NCBI RefSeq assembly: GCF_963921235.1
Contig: NC_086097.1
Span: 10,416,001 to 10,480,000, forward strand
DNA length: 64,000 nt
Reading direction: 5' to 3'
Source: Mobula hypostoma
Lineage: Eukaryota
Under the pieces are notes generated by a model. It did not search any database. It saw nothing but the letters and a program-made list of their open reading frames with translations, and was not told where the DNA came from. The stretch's first letter is position 1. The number at the start of each line of letters is the position of its first letter. A program made the position numbers and the translations under genes. Positions 36,101-49,088 of this stretch are shown one piece after another.

Positions 36101-37934
36101 TTATTTCTTATTGTAATTTATAATTTTCTTATGTATTGCAATGCCTTGCTGCCACAGAACAACAATTTTCACAACATACGCCAGTGATATTAAATCCAAT
36201 TCTGATTCCTTTGAGTATTGTCTGCAATTCTGTTCATCTCATCTCACGAAAAGTGTGGACGCTTGGAGAGGGTGCAGAAGAGGTTCATCAGAAGATTACT
36301 TGGATTGGAGAGTATCAGCTACAAGAGAAGGTTAACAACCTTAGATTGTTTTTTTTTGGAGGATTGGAGGCTGTGGGGTGACCTGACTGAAATACATAAA
36401 ACTGAGAGGGTATTATAGATTAACAATCATCGTGTTCCTCAATGGAAAATAATAGGCAATACGTTAGCAGACAAAGAATACAAATTCTATCATTTTAAAC
36501 AGGGAAGTAAAATCAATACTCAGATACTATTTAGGAACATAAATTAGTTATTTTTTTCCCCAGGGTGAAAAGTATTAAGGGAAAGTAATACAAAGATCCG
36601 TCAATGCCTTGGATGACCCAAGCAAATGAACACATTGTACTCTGACTGTACAAGAAGAGAGAAGAGAAGACTTAATGCTCGCAATTAAATTAAAAAAGAA
36701 CACCTTAAAATATGAAGAGTAGCAACCTCACCTCTGGGGTCTGGTCCAGTTTAAGTTTCACTGTTGTGAATTATCATGTTATTTGACAGCAAAATTATTA
36801 TTCATCCTTGCGGAATTATTAAGTGCTGACAAGTTTTTCATTATTAATGATGGAAAACTCTTGAGACTAATTACGCTTTTTATAGCCCATTAACAGCTCT
36901 CACAGAGTTGTTAAATCATGAAAGGAATTCTTCATTTTTTCAGCTAAACAAGTGACTATTATGCTTTTAAAATAGAACCACATTTTTTAAGTTTGCTGTA
37001 TTTTTTTAAAAAGCAGCAACTTTCTTTCAACTGATTTTTTTCATGATTATATCTTCCCCTTTCTCTTTTCATTGCACGCCTAATATTGTCTATATGAACT
37101 TGCTGCCACCTACTGACCATTTTCAATGTGAAATTAGTATCAAAACCTGCCTTTCAAGTCATTTTAATCTTAGTGATTTGTTAGTAAGATGTAGTCCTGA
37201 TTCATCGATCTCTGATGCAGGTGAAAAATGTTTGGGATATAATCATGTTCTGAAATAATAATCTGAAGCATTGATTTTATTCTCCTGTTTAAAATGATAC
37301 AATTTTTATTCTTCCTCTGCTAATGTATTGACTTTGTAATTTCCCAGTGAGGAACAAAGTGGCTGTTAATCAATAAACCTGTAAGGAGTTGTCAAGTAGT
37401 TGCATCAGTGTGTTAGTTGCAGTGAATACACAGAACAACACAGGGTGCAATATAGACACAAGGGGTTCTGCAGGTGTTGGAAATCCAGAGCAGCACACAC
37501 AAGATGCTGGAGGAATTCAGCTGGTCAGGCAGCCTCTATGGAAATGAATGAACGGTCGATGTTTTGTGCCAAGACCCTTCATTGGGACTGGATAAGAAGG
37601 AGGAAGGTGACAGAAAAAGGAAGAAGGGGAAGGAGTGGAGTGACATTTGCAATTTTTGAGTACTTTGGAACCCTTCCAGAATCTTGAAAGATCATTACTA
37701 ATGCCTCCACAATCTCTTCAGCCACCTCAGTTGAGAACCCTGAGGAGTCATCCATCTGTCCAGGTGACTTATCTAACTTTAGACCTTCCAGTTTTGCAAG
37801 CGCCTCTTCCTTAGTAATAGCAACTGCACCCACTTCTGCCTCCTGACACTCTTGAATTTCTGGCTAGTTGCTAGTGTCTTCCATGGTGAAGACTTGACAT
37901 AAAATGCTGCCAAGTTCGTCTGTCATTTCTTTGT

Positions 37935-38640
37935 GGTCATCCTGCTTTAGCAAGGTCTTTCCCATGGAGAAAGTTCACGGCAGGCAGGAGTTTCAAGGTC
38001 CACTGTGAGCACAAAGAAGTGGGCAAAGTTAATGTTGAGAAATGTAGTGATTGGCTACAGAAACTGACTGTAGCAGACATGAGGAACATCATACTGATGT
38101 CCCTTCTAAATCGGAAGAATCCAGCACTGCTATCAGCTCTGAGTTTGTAACCACTTCTGCAATCTGGAGAAATCTCATCAAAAGTGGTCTTCATCGAAGA
38201 GTTGCTGCCAAAAAAACAATCCTCTGAAGTGGAAACAAAGCCAATAGATTTACATACACATAAAGACACAGGGACTGGGGTGCTGTCCAATGGCAGCAGG
38301 TGCTCTGGACTGATGAACCAAAGTTTGAAATTTTTGGCTCAAGCAGGAAGCAGTTTGTCCGTAAAAGAGCTGGAGAGCGCTACATGGACGAGTGTCTGCA
38401 GTAAACAATGAAGCATAGTGGAGGGTCCCTGCAGAGATGGGGCTGCATTTCTGCAAATGAAGTTGATGAAGTGGTCAGTATTAATGGAATCCTCAACGCT
38501 GAGAACTACAAGCTGATTCTAATCCACTACATGATACTATCAGGGAGGCATCTGATCAGTTCCAATTTCATTCTGAAGCGCGACAATAACACTAAACACA
38601 TGGCCAAGGTCATAATAAACTACCTTCAGTAAAAAGAATA
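37935..38640 (+). mobile_element. Tc1-like transposase remnant
   Basis: WQQVLWTDEPKF, MKHSGGSLQRWGCIS, GILNAENY, FILKRDNNTKH; stops and frameshifts. Confidence 0.85.
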
Positions 38641-39379
38641 ACAAGCATTTCTGCAACAGTTCTGTAAAGAAAGGGGGAAGAAGGTGCAACAAGCAACGTA
38701 AATGTCCTTTATTTATAGTATGTAACTCCAAGGTTTAGCTTTATTTGTCACATTTACATAGAAACTTGCAGCGTCAAATTAAATCAGTGAGGAATGTGCT
38801 GGGCAGCCTGCAAATGTCACCATACTTCCAGCCTTAATGTAGTATGCCTACAACTTAGTTACTCTAAACCCGTACATCTTTGGAATGTGGGAGTAAACTG
38901 GGGCATCTGGAGGAAATCTAAATAGTCACGGGCAGAATGTACAAATTCCTTACAGACAGCAGCAGGAATCGAAACCCCATCTTACAGATGGTGCTGTAAA
39001 GCATTGTGTTAGCCAGTACACTACCTTAACTGTCTACTAGAATTCTGATTTCCATCCTGAAGTTTTGGACTTAGATTCGAGAATTGTATGAAGGTATCTA
39101 CCAGTGTAGGTTGAGATCAGAAGAGGCTATGCCATTATCTGAACACTAATCTCAATTGTACGCAGTATAATTTTGCACTTCAAATGTGTTTCCTGGTAAA
39201 ATAAAGTTAATCCGTGTTCAAACTTTGTTATTCACAGTTCAGAAACGAAGTCACTCCAACCTCAAGTACTGAGCTGCAGTGCACAATGATTGCATATACG
39301 TGTGATTGGAGGGCATGGTCCAAATGATCAACTAATTCACCAAAACATACAAGAAAATGGGCCTTACACTAAAGGGTAA

Positions 39380-39620
39380 GGGCGTGGCATGGTTAGCATA
39401 GTGCATTTACCGTGACGGAAACCCGCATTCAATTCCTGCCACTGCCTGTAAGGAGTCTGCATGTACTCCCCGTGATTGTGTGATTGTCTCTGGGTGCTCC
39501 CATTTCCTCCCACATTCCAAAGCTGTATGGGTTAGTTGGTTAATTGGTCACATGGGTGTAACTGGATGGTGTGGACTGGTTGGTCCAGAAGGGCTGTTTA
39601 CTTGCTAAGGGCATATCTAA
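39380..39620 (+). mobile_element. V-domain SINE
   Basis: GGGTGCTCCCATTTCCTCCCACATTCCAAAG core; relatives at 35000-35175(-), 38790-39030(-), 40900-41185(+), 63355-63590(-). Confidence 0.7.
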
Positions 39621-40332
39621 ATACAAAAAATATATTGGCATAAAGAGGCCTGCTATCAAACTGCTCTCACTTCAATACTTCGCCCTCTGACAATAAAGAT
39701 CTGCGACAAGATTATGGAGGAGTTTATGTATTTCAGAACCCTTCCCTCAATGCCGACAATCATTGTTAATAAAACTCCTTGTTGCCTTCAGTGCTCTAGT
39801 AGCCTATGGTCATCTGCAGAAAAGAAACATTAATGACGAAGAATTCAAACCCAGCACAACAGTAATCGCTGCCTTTCCACATCCTTCAAAGACCTGGTTT
39901 ACTTACTGCAGGCACCTCAGACTGTTGGAGAGCTCAAAGCTCAGTGTGTTCACAAACTCTTCCAAATCCACTGATAGGGTAAGTGAACCAGCAGCAGCAT
40001 CTCGTAGAACATGGAACATTACAGCACAGTACAGGCCCTTCAGCCCACAATGTTGTGTTGCCCTTTTAAGCTACTCTTAGATTAATCCAACATTCCTTCC
40101 TATATAGCCCTACATTTTTCTATCCTCCAAGAGTTTTTCAAATGCCCCTAATGTACTTGCCTCTACCACCACTGTTGGCAGGGCATTTCATTCCACGCAC
40201 TCGGCATCCTCTGTCTAAAAAAAAATACTCACCTCTCCTTCAAGGTTTTAGTCATGTTCAGCTTCACTGGGCAGACTACATCCTCCAAAAGTTGGACAAT
40301 AAAATACCAAAACAGGGACCCCACTCCAAGTT

Positions 40333-40531
40333 GCTGGTGAACGCAGCAGGCCAGGCAGCATCTCTAGGAAGAGGTACAGTCGCCGTTTCGGGCCAAGACC
40401 CTCCAACCTTACTCCTTCCGAACGCTCTGCTCTCCACTCCCTCCGCACTAATCCTTGCGTTCACCAGCAACTTTGATGTGTGTTGCTTGAATTTCCAGCA
40501 TCTGCAGAATTCCTCGTGTTTGCGTTTTTAA
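40333..40531. mobile_element. Mini-PLE: inverted pLTR + ORF sliver + pLTR tail
   Basis: Perfect 15-bp direct repeats ACCCCACTCCAAGTT (40318-40332, 40532-40546); middle matches 901-954; inserted into an RTE remnant (QLHWADYI...KIPKQ). Confidence 0.9.
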
Positions 40532-40899
40532 ACCCCACTCCAAGTTACGTTTTTGCAAGAGGTGACCAGTAGCACAGAGGAAGCAACTAAATTAGACACA
40601 AGAGCCATAAAGTGATACAGCACAGAAACTGATCCTTCAGTCAACTGGTCTGCAGTGACCAGGATGGCCAACCAAACTAATAGCATTTACCCACGTTTGG
40701 GCCATATCCTTCTAAAGCTTTCCTATCTATGTACCTGTACAACTGCCTTGAAAGTTTTTACTAAAATATTCTTAGGAAGTTCTAAACTCATTGTTGCAAA
40801 ATCCAATGATATCCTAGACGCATGAGAATCCCTGGCAGAAGACTCAAAATAGGAAAGAAACATTTTGCGTGTCACTAAGAATATTATCTCCTTAGTGAA

Positions 40900-41185
40900 C
40901 ACGGCAGTGTAGCAGTCAGTGCGACCATATTACAGCTTGGGGTGTTGGAGTTCAGAGTTTCATTTCCAACGCTGTCTGTAAGGAGTCTGTATGTTCCTCC
41001 CGTGAATGTGTGGGTTTCTACCGGGTGCTCTATTTTCTTCCCACATTCCAAAGATGTACCAGTTAGTAAGTTAATTGTTTATTGTAAATTGTTCTGTGAT
41101 TAGGCTAGGGTTAAATAGGAAGGATACTGGGCTGTGCTTCTTGCTGGGCCGGAAGGGACTGTTTCAGTTTGTATCAATAAATAAA
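40900..41185 (+). mobile_element. V-domain SINE
   Basis: GGAGTCTGTATGTTCCTCCCGTG...CCGGGTGCTC...CCCACATTCCAAAGA; (TAAA)n tail. Confidence 0.75.
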
Positions 41186-42778
41186 ATATAAAATATTGGA
41201 AGGAAAGTATCGCATATCAGACATCATGGCCAGCAGCTGTATCAAGTTCCTCCTGTTTCACTTGTGGCACAGACTGTGCATCTGATCAATCACTTCAGAA
41301 TCCGCAGAAGTGAACTGGAAACAAATCATCCTTGACACCAAGGATCTACATAAAAGCAACAGAACGGACTTTCACGATGAACTATTTGCTCTTGGATTCC
41401 AAGCCTTTTTATGAAGTTCAAGAGTTTGCTCATCATTTTAATTGCTTTCATATCCTGCCTCTCCTTTCTGAGTGAAACACGTGCCTGAAATGTTAAATGT
41501 TTGTTCCCCTCCATACATGCTGCCTGAACTTTAGTATTGTAATACTAATTATTAAGTCATATTCTTTTTAGAGACCCCCAGTAGTCCGGAAAACCATATC
41601 TGCAGCAGGTTTACCGAGCTGCAGCTCCTTAGAGAGCATGTTAAGGAACTGGAGATGCAGCTCGATAACCTTTGGCTGATACAGTAAACTGAAGAGGTGA
41701 TAGATAGGAACTACAGGGATATAGTCACAGGCTGCAGGAGGCAGGTACCTAGGTGACTGTCAGGAGAGGGAAAGGAAATCGGTAGCTAGAGCAGAATACT
41801 TCTGTGGCCGTTTCCCTTAATAATAAGTATACCGCTTTAGATTCTTTGTGGGGGACAACCTACTTCAGCAACCAGGTCTCTGGTATTGAGTCTGGCACAG
41901 TGGCTCAGAAGGGAAGGAGTTTGAAGAGGAGTGCAGTCGTGGTAGGGAATTATATAGCAAGAGGAGTAGGCACAAGATTCTGTGGATGGGAAAGAAAGAC
42001 CTGGATGGTATGCTACCTCACACGTGCCAGGATCAGGGATGTCTCGAATCGGGTGCACATCATTCTAAAGAGGGAGGGTGCGGAGCCAGAAATCTTGGTG
42101 CACATTGACAACAATAACACAGGTGGGAAAATGGAGGAGGTCCTGAAGAGAGGATTTGGAGAGTTAGGTAGAAAGCTGGAAAGCACGGCCTCCACGGTAG
42201 TAATCTATTGATTGCTGCCGGGGAGGGTAAGAATAGGATGATCTGGCTTATGAATGCACAGCTGAGGATCCTGTGGCGGGGCAGGGGTTCAGACTTCTGG
42301 ATTATTGAGATCACTTTAAAATGTGACCTGGATAAAAGGAACAGATTACCCCTGGAACTAAGGGGGTCCAAAATCCCTGGGGCAGGTTTGCTAGAGCTGT
42401 TGCGAAGGGTTTAAACTAATTTGGCAAGGAGATGGGAACCAGAGTGATAGGGCTGAGGAATAGGCGGTTGGTATACAAGTAGATGCATGGTGACGAATAC
42501 AGGACTGAAGGTGTAATACTTGAATGTATCCAGTATATGGAATAAGGTAGATGATCCTGTAGCACAATTAGAGATTGGTAGGTGTGATGTTGTGGGCGTC
42601 ACTGAAGTTGTTGCTGAAAGAAGATCCTAGTTGGCAGCTTAACATCCAAAGATATAACTTGTATCAAAAGGACAGGTAAGTAGGCAGGGGGAGGGGTGGT
42701 TCTGGGGGGATGGGGTTGGGTGGCTCTGGTGGTTAAAAAAATTAAATCAAATTCTTAGAAAGAGGTGACATAGGATAA

Positions 42779-43083
42779 TAGTCTTCTGAGAGAAGTTAGT
42801 CTTGTGAGACCATGGATTTGTGCCTTGGTTTCCAGGGCACAGGCCTGGGCAAGGTTGTATGGAAGAGCAGCAGTAGCCCATGCAGCAAGTCTCCCCTCTC
42901 CACGCCACCGATGTTGTCCAAGGGAAGGGCATTAGGACCCGTGTAGCTTGGCACCAGTGTCGTTGCAGAGCAATGTGTGGTTAAGTGCCTTGCTCAAGGA
43001 CACAACACGCTGCCTCAGCCAAGGCTTGAACTAGCAACCTTCAGATCACTAGACGAACGCCTTAACCACTTGGCCATGTGCCA
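42779..43083 (-). mobile_element. tRNA-derived SINE inserted in CR1
   Basis: Reverse complement of 23149-23453; 11-bp TSD ACATAGGATAA (42768-42778, 43084-43094). Confidence 0.9.
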
Positions 43084-44449
43084 ACATAGGATAAAAAGAT
43101 GTGGAATCCTGGTGGTTAGACTAAAGAAACTGCAAAGGTATGGAGCAGACTTAATGGGCTGAATAGCCTAATTCTGCTCCTATGTCTTATCGTCTAAAAA
43201 GATACGGATGGGAGTTATGTACAGGGCTCCAAACACTAGCCAGGGTGTGGACTACAGGATTTAATGGGAGGTAGAAAATGCATGTCAAAGGGCAATGTTA
43301 CAATAGTCATGGGAAAATCAGGTTGGTGCTGGATCCCAAGAAAGAGGATTTGTAAAATGCCTACAAGATGGCTTTTTAGAGCAGTTTTTTGTTTGAGCCC
43401 ACTAGAGGAAAAGATATTTTGGATTGAGTGTTGTGTAATTAACCAGATTCGATTAGGGAGTTTAAGGTAAAGGAACCCTTAAAAGACAGTGATCATAATA
43501 TGATAGAATTCACCCTGCAGTTTGAGAGGCAGAAGCTAAAGTCAGATCTATCAGTATTACAATCGAGTGAAAAGGGAATTATACAGGCATGAGAAAGGAA
43601 CTGGCCAAAATTCATTGGAAGGGAATACTAGGAAGGATGAAGGCAGAACATCAATGGCTGAAGTTTCTGAGAGAAGTTTGGAAAGCACAGGATAGATACA
43701 TCCCAAAGAAGAAGAAGAATTCTAAAGGGAAGATGATGTAACTGAGACTGACAAGAGAAGTCAAAAACAACATAAAGGGAAAAGATACGGCATATAATAA
43801 AGCAAAAAATAGTGGGAAGTTAGAGGATTGGGAAGGTTTTAAAATCCAACAGAAAGCAACAAAAAAAGTAAAAAGGAGGGAACAGATGAAATATGAAGGT
43901 AAGCTAGCCAATAATATCAAAGAGGAGCAAAAAGTTTTTCAGATATATAAAGAGTAAAATAGAGGCAACAATAGATATCAGACTGCTTTAAAATGGCAAA
44001 CAAACTAAATAAGTATATTGCATCCATCTTCACTGTAGAATACTGGATGCATGCTGGAAGTTTGAGTGTCAGTGGGCAGAAGTGAGTGCAATTGCTATTA
44101 CTAAGAGAAGGAGCTTGGGAAACTGAAAGGCCTGAAGATGGAGAAGTCACCTGGACCAGATGCAATACATCTCTGGGTTCTGAAGGAATTAGCCAAAGGG
44201 ACTGTGGAGGCATTAACAATGATCTTTCAAGAATCACCAGATTCTGGCATGGTTCCAAAGGACCGGAAAATTGCAAATGTCACTCCACTCCAAGAAGGGA
44301 GGAAGGCAGAAGAAAGGAAATGATAGGCCAGTTAGCCTGATCTCAGTGGTTGGGAAGACATTGCAATCGATTATTAAGGATGAGGTCTCAAAATACTTTG
44401 AGGTACATGATAAAATAGGCCAAAGTCAGCATGGAAAATCTTGCCTGGT

Positions 44450-45450
44450 ACTAATACTACTACGTCGACTCAGGCCTAGGAGGCCAGCGTCGGGCACAAT
44501 GACGGACTCTCCACTTCTCCCTCTCCCTCATCAGTGTGTTCAGTTCATCTACATAAGCCGCGCTGCTGTCTTCTCGGAGCGTGTTGACCATAGTCTTGGG
44601 AGGGTGCCCAGGGTTCATCCTCCTGTGCTTGGGCTCCCATATGATGACTAGGCTGGCAGGTAGCTCGGGGTGGTGTAGACAGTGCCCCGCTAGTTGCAGT
44701 CTTCTCGCCTCGATTTTAGTGGTGAGCATCAGTAGGCTGTTATAGAGCTCAACGTTCAACATGTGCTATTGCCAACTCACGTCAAGAGCCATCCGGAGCA
44801 TTCGTGTATAGCAACCATCTAGAGACTTTCACATCGTCTTGGTGAATGTCCACGTCTCGCATCCGTACGTGAGGATGGACTCTATGACTGCTATGAAAAT
44901 CCTCTTTTAAAGCCCTCTGGTCAGGTTCAACTTCTAGATTTCCTTCATGTCGTTCATAGCCCTTCACGCCAGCGCCTTCCGTACCTTTATGTCCTTCCCT
45001 GAACTCATCACTCTTGACCCGAGGTACTTGTAGTCAAAGACTTTCTTAATGGTATCATTCTCTATGGTCTTGAGAGTACCTTTGTCGCAGTTAAACACCA
45101 TGTACTCTGTCTTTTTAGCGTTTAGGTGAAGTCCAACTTAATTGCACTCAATTTCCACTTTTGTCAGTAGATGCTGTGCTTCCTCCATCTGGTCAGAGAG
45201 CAGGACTATGTCATCTTCAAAATCGAGATCTGTGAGCGTAACTGGTCTGACCCTTTTGGTTTGCCCTGGTTTTAAGGTAAAACAAGGCATGTCATGATCT
45301 TCGGTAGCTTGACGTAGAGCGTAATCAGGACGATTATAAAGATGTAGGGTGCCGGAGTGTCTCCTTGCAGCACACCAGCTAGGAGCTCGAACACTGCTGT
45401 TTCTCTGTCTGCTGATAGAACTTTCACCATGGTTTTGGTATAGCTAGACT
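44450..45450 (-). mobile_element. RTE/RTEX-like LINE 3' fragment inserted in CR1
   Basis: AGVLQGDTPAPYIF, LTDLDFEDDI, DYKYLGS, RRLQLAGHC..HPELPAS.VIIWEP; (TAG)n tail. Confidence 0.8.
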
Positions 45451-46849
45451 GGTAAGTCTGTTGGAATTCTTTGAAAAAATATCAAGCAGGTTAGACAAAG
45501 GAGAATCAGTTAATGTTGTGTACTTGGAATTTCAAATGGTCTTTGACAAGATGCAACATATGAGGCTGCTTAGCAAGATAAGAGCCCATGATATTACAGT
45601 AAAGATACTAACATGGATAGAGCATTGGATAAATGGCGGGAAGCAAAGAGTGGGAATAAAGGCAGCCTTTTCCAGTTGGATGGTGATGACTATTGTGTTC
45701 CACAGGAGTCAATATTAGGACCGCTTCTTCTTTTTTGGATGACACAATTGATGGCTTCGTTACAAAATTGCAGATGATACAAAGATACGGAGGCGGTATT
45801 GAGAAAACACGGGGGCTGCAGAAGGAATTAGACACTTTAGAAGAAAGGTCCAAAGAAGTTGCAGATAGAACACAATGTTGGAAATGTGTGATCATGCATA
45901 TTGGTAGACTATTTTCTAATTGGACAGAAAATTCAAAATCTGTGGTGCAAAGTGACTTGGGTGTCCTCATATATGTTTCTCTAAAGGTTAACTTGTCGTT
46001 TGCGTCGGTGGTGAGAAAGGTAAGTGCCTTGTTCGCATTTATTTCAAGAGCACTAGAATAAAATAAAAACTAGGATGGAATGCTGAGGCTTTGTAAGCCA
46101 CCGGTGAGGCCTCACTTGGAATATTGTGAAAAGCTTGGGCTAAGGATGTGCTGACATGGGAGAGGGTTTAGAGGAACTGCACGAGAATGATTCCAGGAAT
46201 GGAAGGGTTATTGCTTGAGGAGTGTTTGATGGCCTATAAGGTTTTATAAGGCATTGGTCAGTTTTGGTCAGAAAAGATATGCTGGCATTGGAAAGTGTCC
46301 GGAGGAAGTTTATGAGAATGCGTTCAGGAATGATAGGATCAAAATATCAGGAGTGCTTGATGACTCCGCGCCTGTACTCACTGGAACTTAGAAGAATCGA
46401 AACCATTTGAATATTGAAATGCCAAGATAGAGTGGATGGGAGAGGATCTTTCCCGTAATGGAGGCATCTAGGATTAAGGGGCATATCTCATAATCCTATT
46501 TAGAATGGAGATGAGGAAGAATTTCTTTCACCAGATGGTGGTGAATTTGTAGAATTTGTTGCCACAGGCAGCTGTGAAGGGCAAATCATTGGATATTTTT
46601 AAAGCAGAGGTTGATAGATTTTTGATTAGTCAGGGTATCAAAGAGTACTTGGAGTTGGCAGAAGAATGGGATGAGAGGAAAATTGGATCAGCCATGATGA
46701 AGTGACAGTACAGACGCGACATCCAAGTGGTATAATTTTGCTCCTATCTCTTATGGTCTTATGGCCTTATTGGATTTAAATGATAATACTCCTATGTAAC
46801 TGGAACATTTGATGTTATGCTCTAGGGGCATAGCTGTAATATTATTGAA

Positions 46850-47340
46850 GAAGGCTCTAAAACTACAAACAAAATGCCAGAGCTGACCAGAAGTGCACTG
46901 AGAGCAGTAAGCGTAAAGGAGTTGGGGTCTTGCTGTTCTGGTTAACAACGGATGGTGCAATCCTGGTCATATTACGATCGAGGAACGTGTTTGTAGCCCG
47001 GATATTGAACTTTTTGCTGTTGGACTCCAGCCATATTCCACCGAGATACAACACTGGGCGTCATGGGAGATTGTTCCTGCCTGTGGCTATTGAACTTTGC
47101 AGTTCCTCCAGTGGAGAGTCAGACAGACTGAGCCAAAAGGCTGGTCCTGGACTTATTTCCATCTGGCATAGTTTGCATATTGTTGTTTGATTGTTTGTGG
47201 TTTTTGTATTGCTATATTTATGCTCTATTCTTAGTTGGTGCAGCTGAAACAAAACTCAATTTCCCTCGGGATCAATAAGGTATGTCTATGTCTATGTCTA
47301 TGTCTATGTCTATGTCTATGTCTATGTCTATGTCTATGTC
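46850..47340 (+). mobile_element. Rex1/Babar 3' end with (GTCTAT)n tail
   Basis: TTCCTGCCTGTGGCTATTGAACT...GGATCAATAA plus about 10 GTCTAT units at 47280-47340; relative at 62320-62590. Confidence 0.7.
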
Positions 47341-47725
47341 AGAGGGACTCAGTAGTTCAGACAGCATCTGCAGGATCTTTAGATGAATGTCTTGGCTCTC
47401 CATAGATGCTGCCTGACCTGCTGAGCTCCTCCAGCATATACAGTATCTGCAGATTTTCTTGTGTTTATTATTTCCTTTTTGAGTGTTTTGTGAGCAATTA
47501 TCCCAGGCCCCTTACTATCTTTGGAGTTGCTAGTTTATGTTCAGAGCTGTCTGACAAAGTTCCAGCACAAGTAAAAAATGATTGGGACCAACTTTCTTCT
47601 CACATTTTATTTTTATTATATCAGTGACTACATTTAATAATATTTCTTTGTTTTTACAAACAAACTTATGTTTACAAATATAAGTCTTTCTTAAAAAGTT
47701 TGTTGCATTCTCAGTTGATTAATGT

Positions 47726-47896
47726 AGACACTAGAGATTCTGCAGATGCTGGAAGTCTTGAGCAACACACACAAATTGCTGGAGGAACTCAGCAGGTCAG
47801 GCAGCATCTATGGAGAGGAATAAACAGTCAGCATTTTGGACTGAGATTTCTTAGATGCTGCCTGACCTGATGAGGTCCTCCAGTTTTTTACGTGTG
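47726..47896. repeat. Head-to-head PLE pLTR pair
   Basis: Minus pLTR up to about 47852, then plus-strand AGATGCTGCCTGACCTG...; degenerate flanking direct repeats. Confidence 0.7.
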
Positions 47897-48387
47897 AAGT
47901 TCATGAATGTTGCTGTTTCAATCTTTGAAACAAAATTCGTGTGAACTATGCTTTGATGAAAGCCTTCTGGCGAAGAATTGAACATTTTAATCATCCTTTG
48001 TGAGAAGAATTTTATTTTTTACAAAGCAATTCTCGTTGTGTTTACGTTCAATTTTGTTTTCAGTTTCCAGCTCCCACACTCTCCACTGCTGGTAAAACTA
48101 AAATGCCCAATGTCGATGAAAGATCTCCCTTGTGAAGGTTGTATTGTAAAAATAGTAGCCAGAGAGGAATAATGTCTAGACAGTAATATCACTTTGGTTT
48201 ACATGACTATTATATGAAATTTCTCTGTTCTGATTTATAGTTTCATCTCAACACCCTAATGAGACTACTGCCTTGGAGTGACTCGCATGAACACATAGCT
48301 ATAAATGTGATTGGTGGGATAGATTTATAGGAAGTTCCGCAAATAAAGCAAAACAGTCTTGCAGACTTTCATATTTCTTTTCAATAG

Positions 48388-48760
48388 CTTGCCTGGTGGT
48401 GGGGTGGAGATATGTCTTTACCAAAGGAGGACTAAGGTGCTTCTTCCCCTCCGCTAATCTGCAGGTAACCATTATGCAAGGTATAGCATCTGCTTAGCCC
48501 CCAATCAGGGCCATGTGAAGCCAAGGAAGCAGCTGGTGGTTGGTCGTATGAGTAGCCGATGCACATTACAAGTTCTGAATATGTGTCCATTGACGCCAGG
48601 CAATCTCTGAAGAGTATTGGTAATGGCTGGGATCACGCGTCTTATAAAGACACTGCCCAGAAGAAGGCAATAGCAAACCACTTCTATATAAAAATTTGCC
48701 AAGAGCAATGGTGGTCATGGAAGGACCACGATCGCTTGTGTCGTACGACATAGTACATAG
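48388..48760 (+). mobile_element. RTE-tailed SINE-like element
   Basis: Same family as 23455-23810; GAAGGCAATAGCAAACCACTTC motif. Confidence 0.75.
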
Positions 48761-49088
48761 TAAACAAATGATTGTGGTAGTACAAGGTAAAACAATAACA
48801 GAGTGGAGAATAAAGTGTTACAGTTACAGAGTTAGGTACAATAACTGATGAAGAAGCAGCTGAGGGGAAAGTTTGGGCTGATTGAAATTCATTGTTTTCT
48901 GTAGAAATCTGCACAGTGATGAATGGTTTGATCTAATCCCCAGAGGAGAGTCTACAATCTAAAACGTTGGAATGACATCAAAATTATTTCATTCTAATGT
49001 ATGCTATTTCATCATTGGCATCCTACTCTTCAGATGCCTAACCTCTGGCACTGAAATTCTTCCCTAATCCTTTTGTATCTGATGCTGA

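Larger units (their letters stand above)
41570..46765 (+). mobile_element. Near full-length degenerate CR1 (ORF1 Zn/leucine zipper + esterase; ORF2 APE-RT) with nested insertions
   Basis: HICSRFTELQLLREHVKELE; AVVVGNYIARG...MVCYL..ARIRDV; APE-like YLNVSSI; KSPGPD, KIANVTP; TCTTATGG tail. Confidence 0.85.

Noticed and set aside
42685..42725. G-quadruplex regulatory motif
   Set aside because: G-run expansion inside decayed CR1 endonuclease coding sequence; no evidence of function
46060..46400. Tandem duplication of a CR1 segment
   Set aside because: Most simply two diverged CR1 3' fragments joined; common in CR1-rich DNA
47280..47340. CRISPR-like or telomeric array
   Set aside because: Simple (GTCTAT)n retroposon tail without spacers
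48050..48145. Possible exon after TTTTGTTTTCAG acceptor
   Set aside because: No recognisable protein, weak donor, no supporting neighbouring exons
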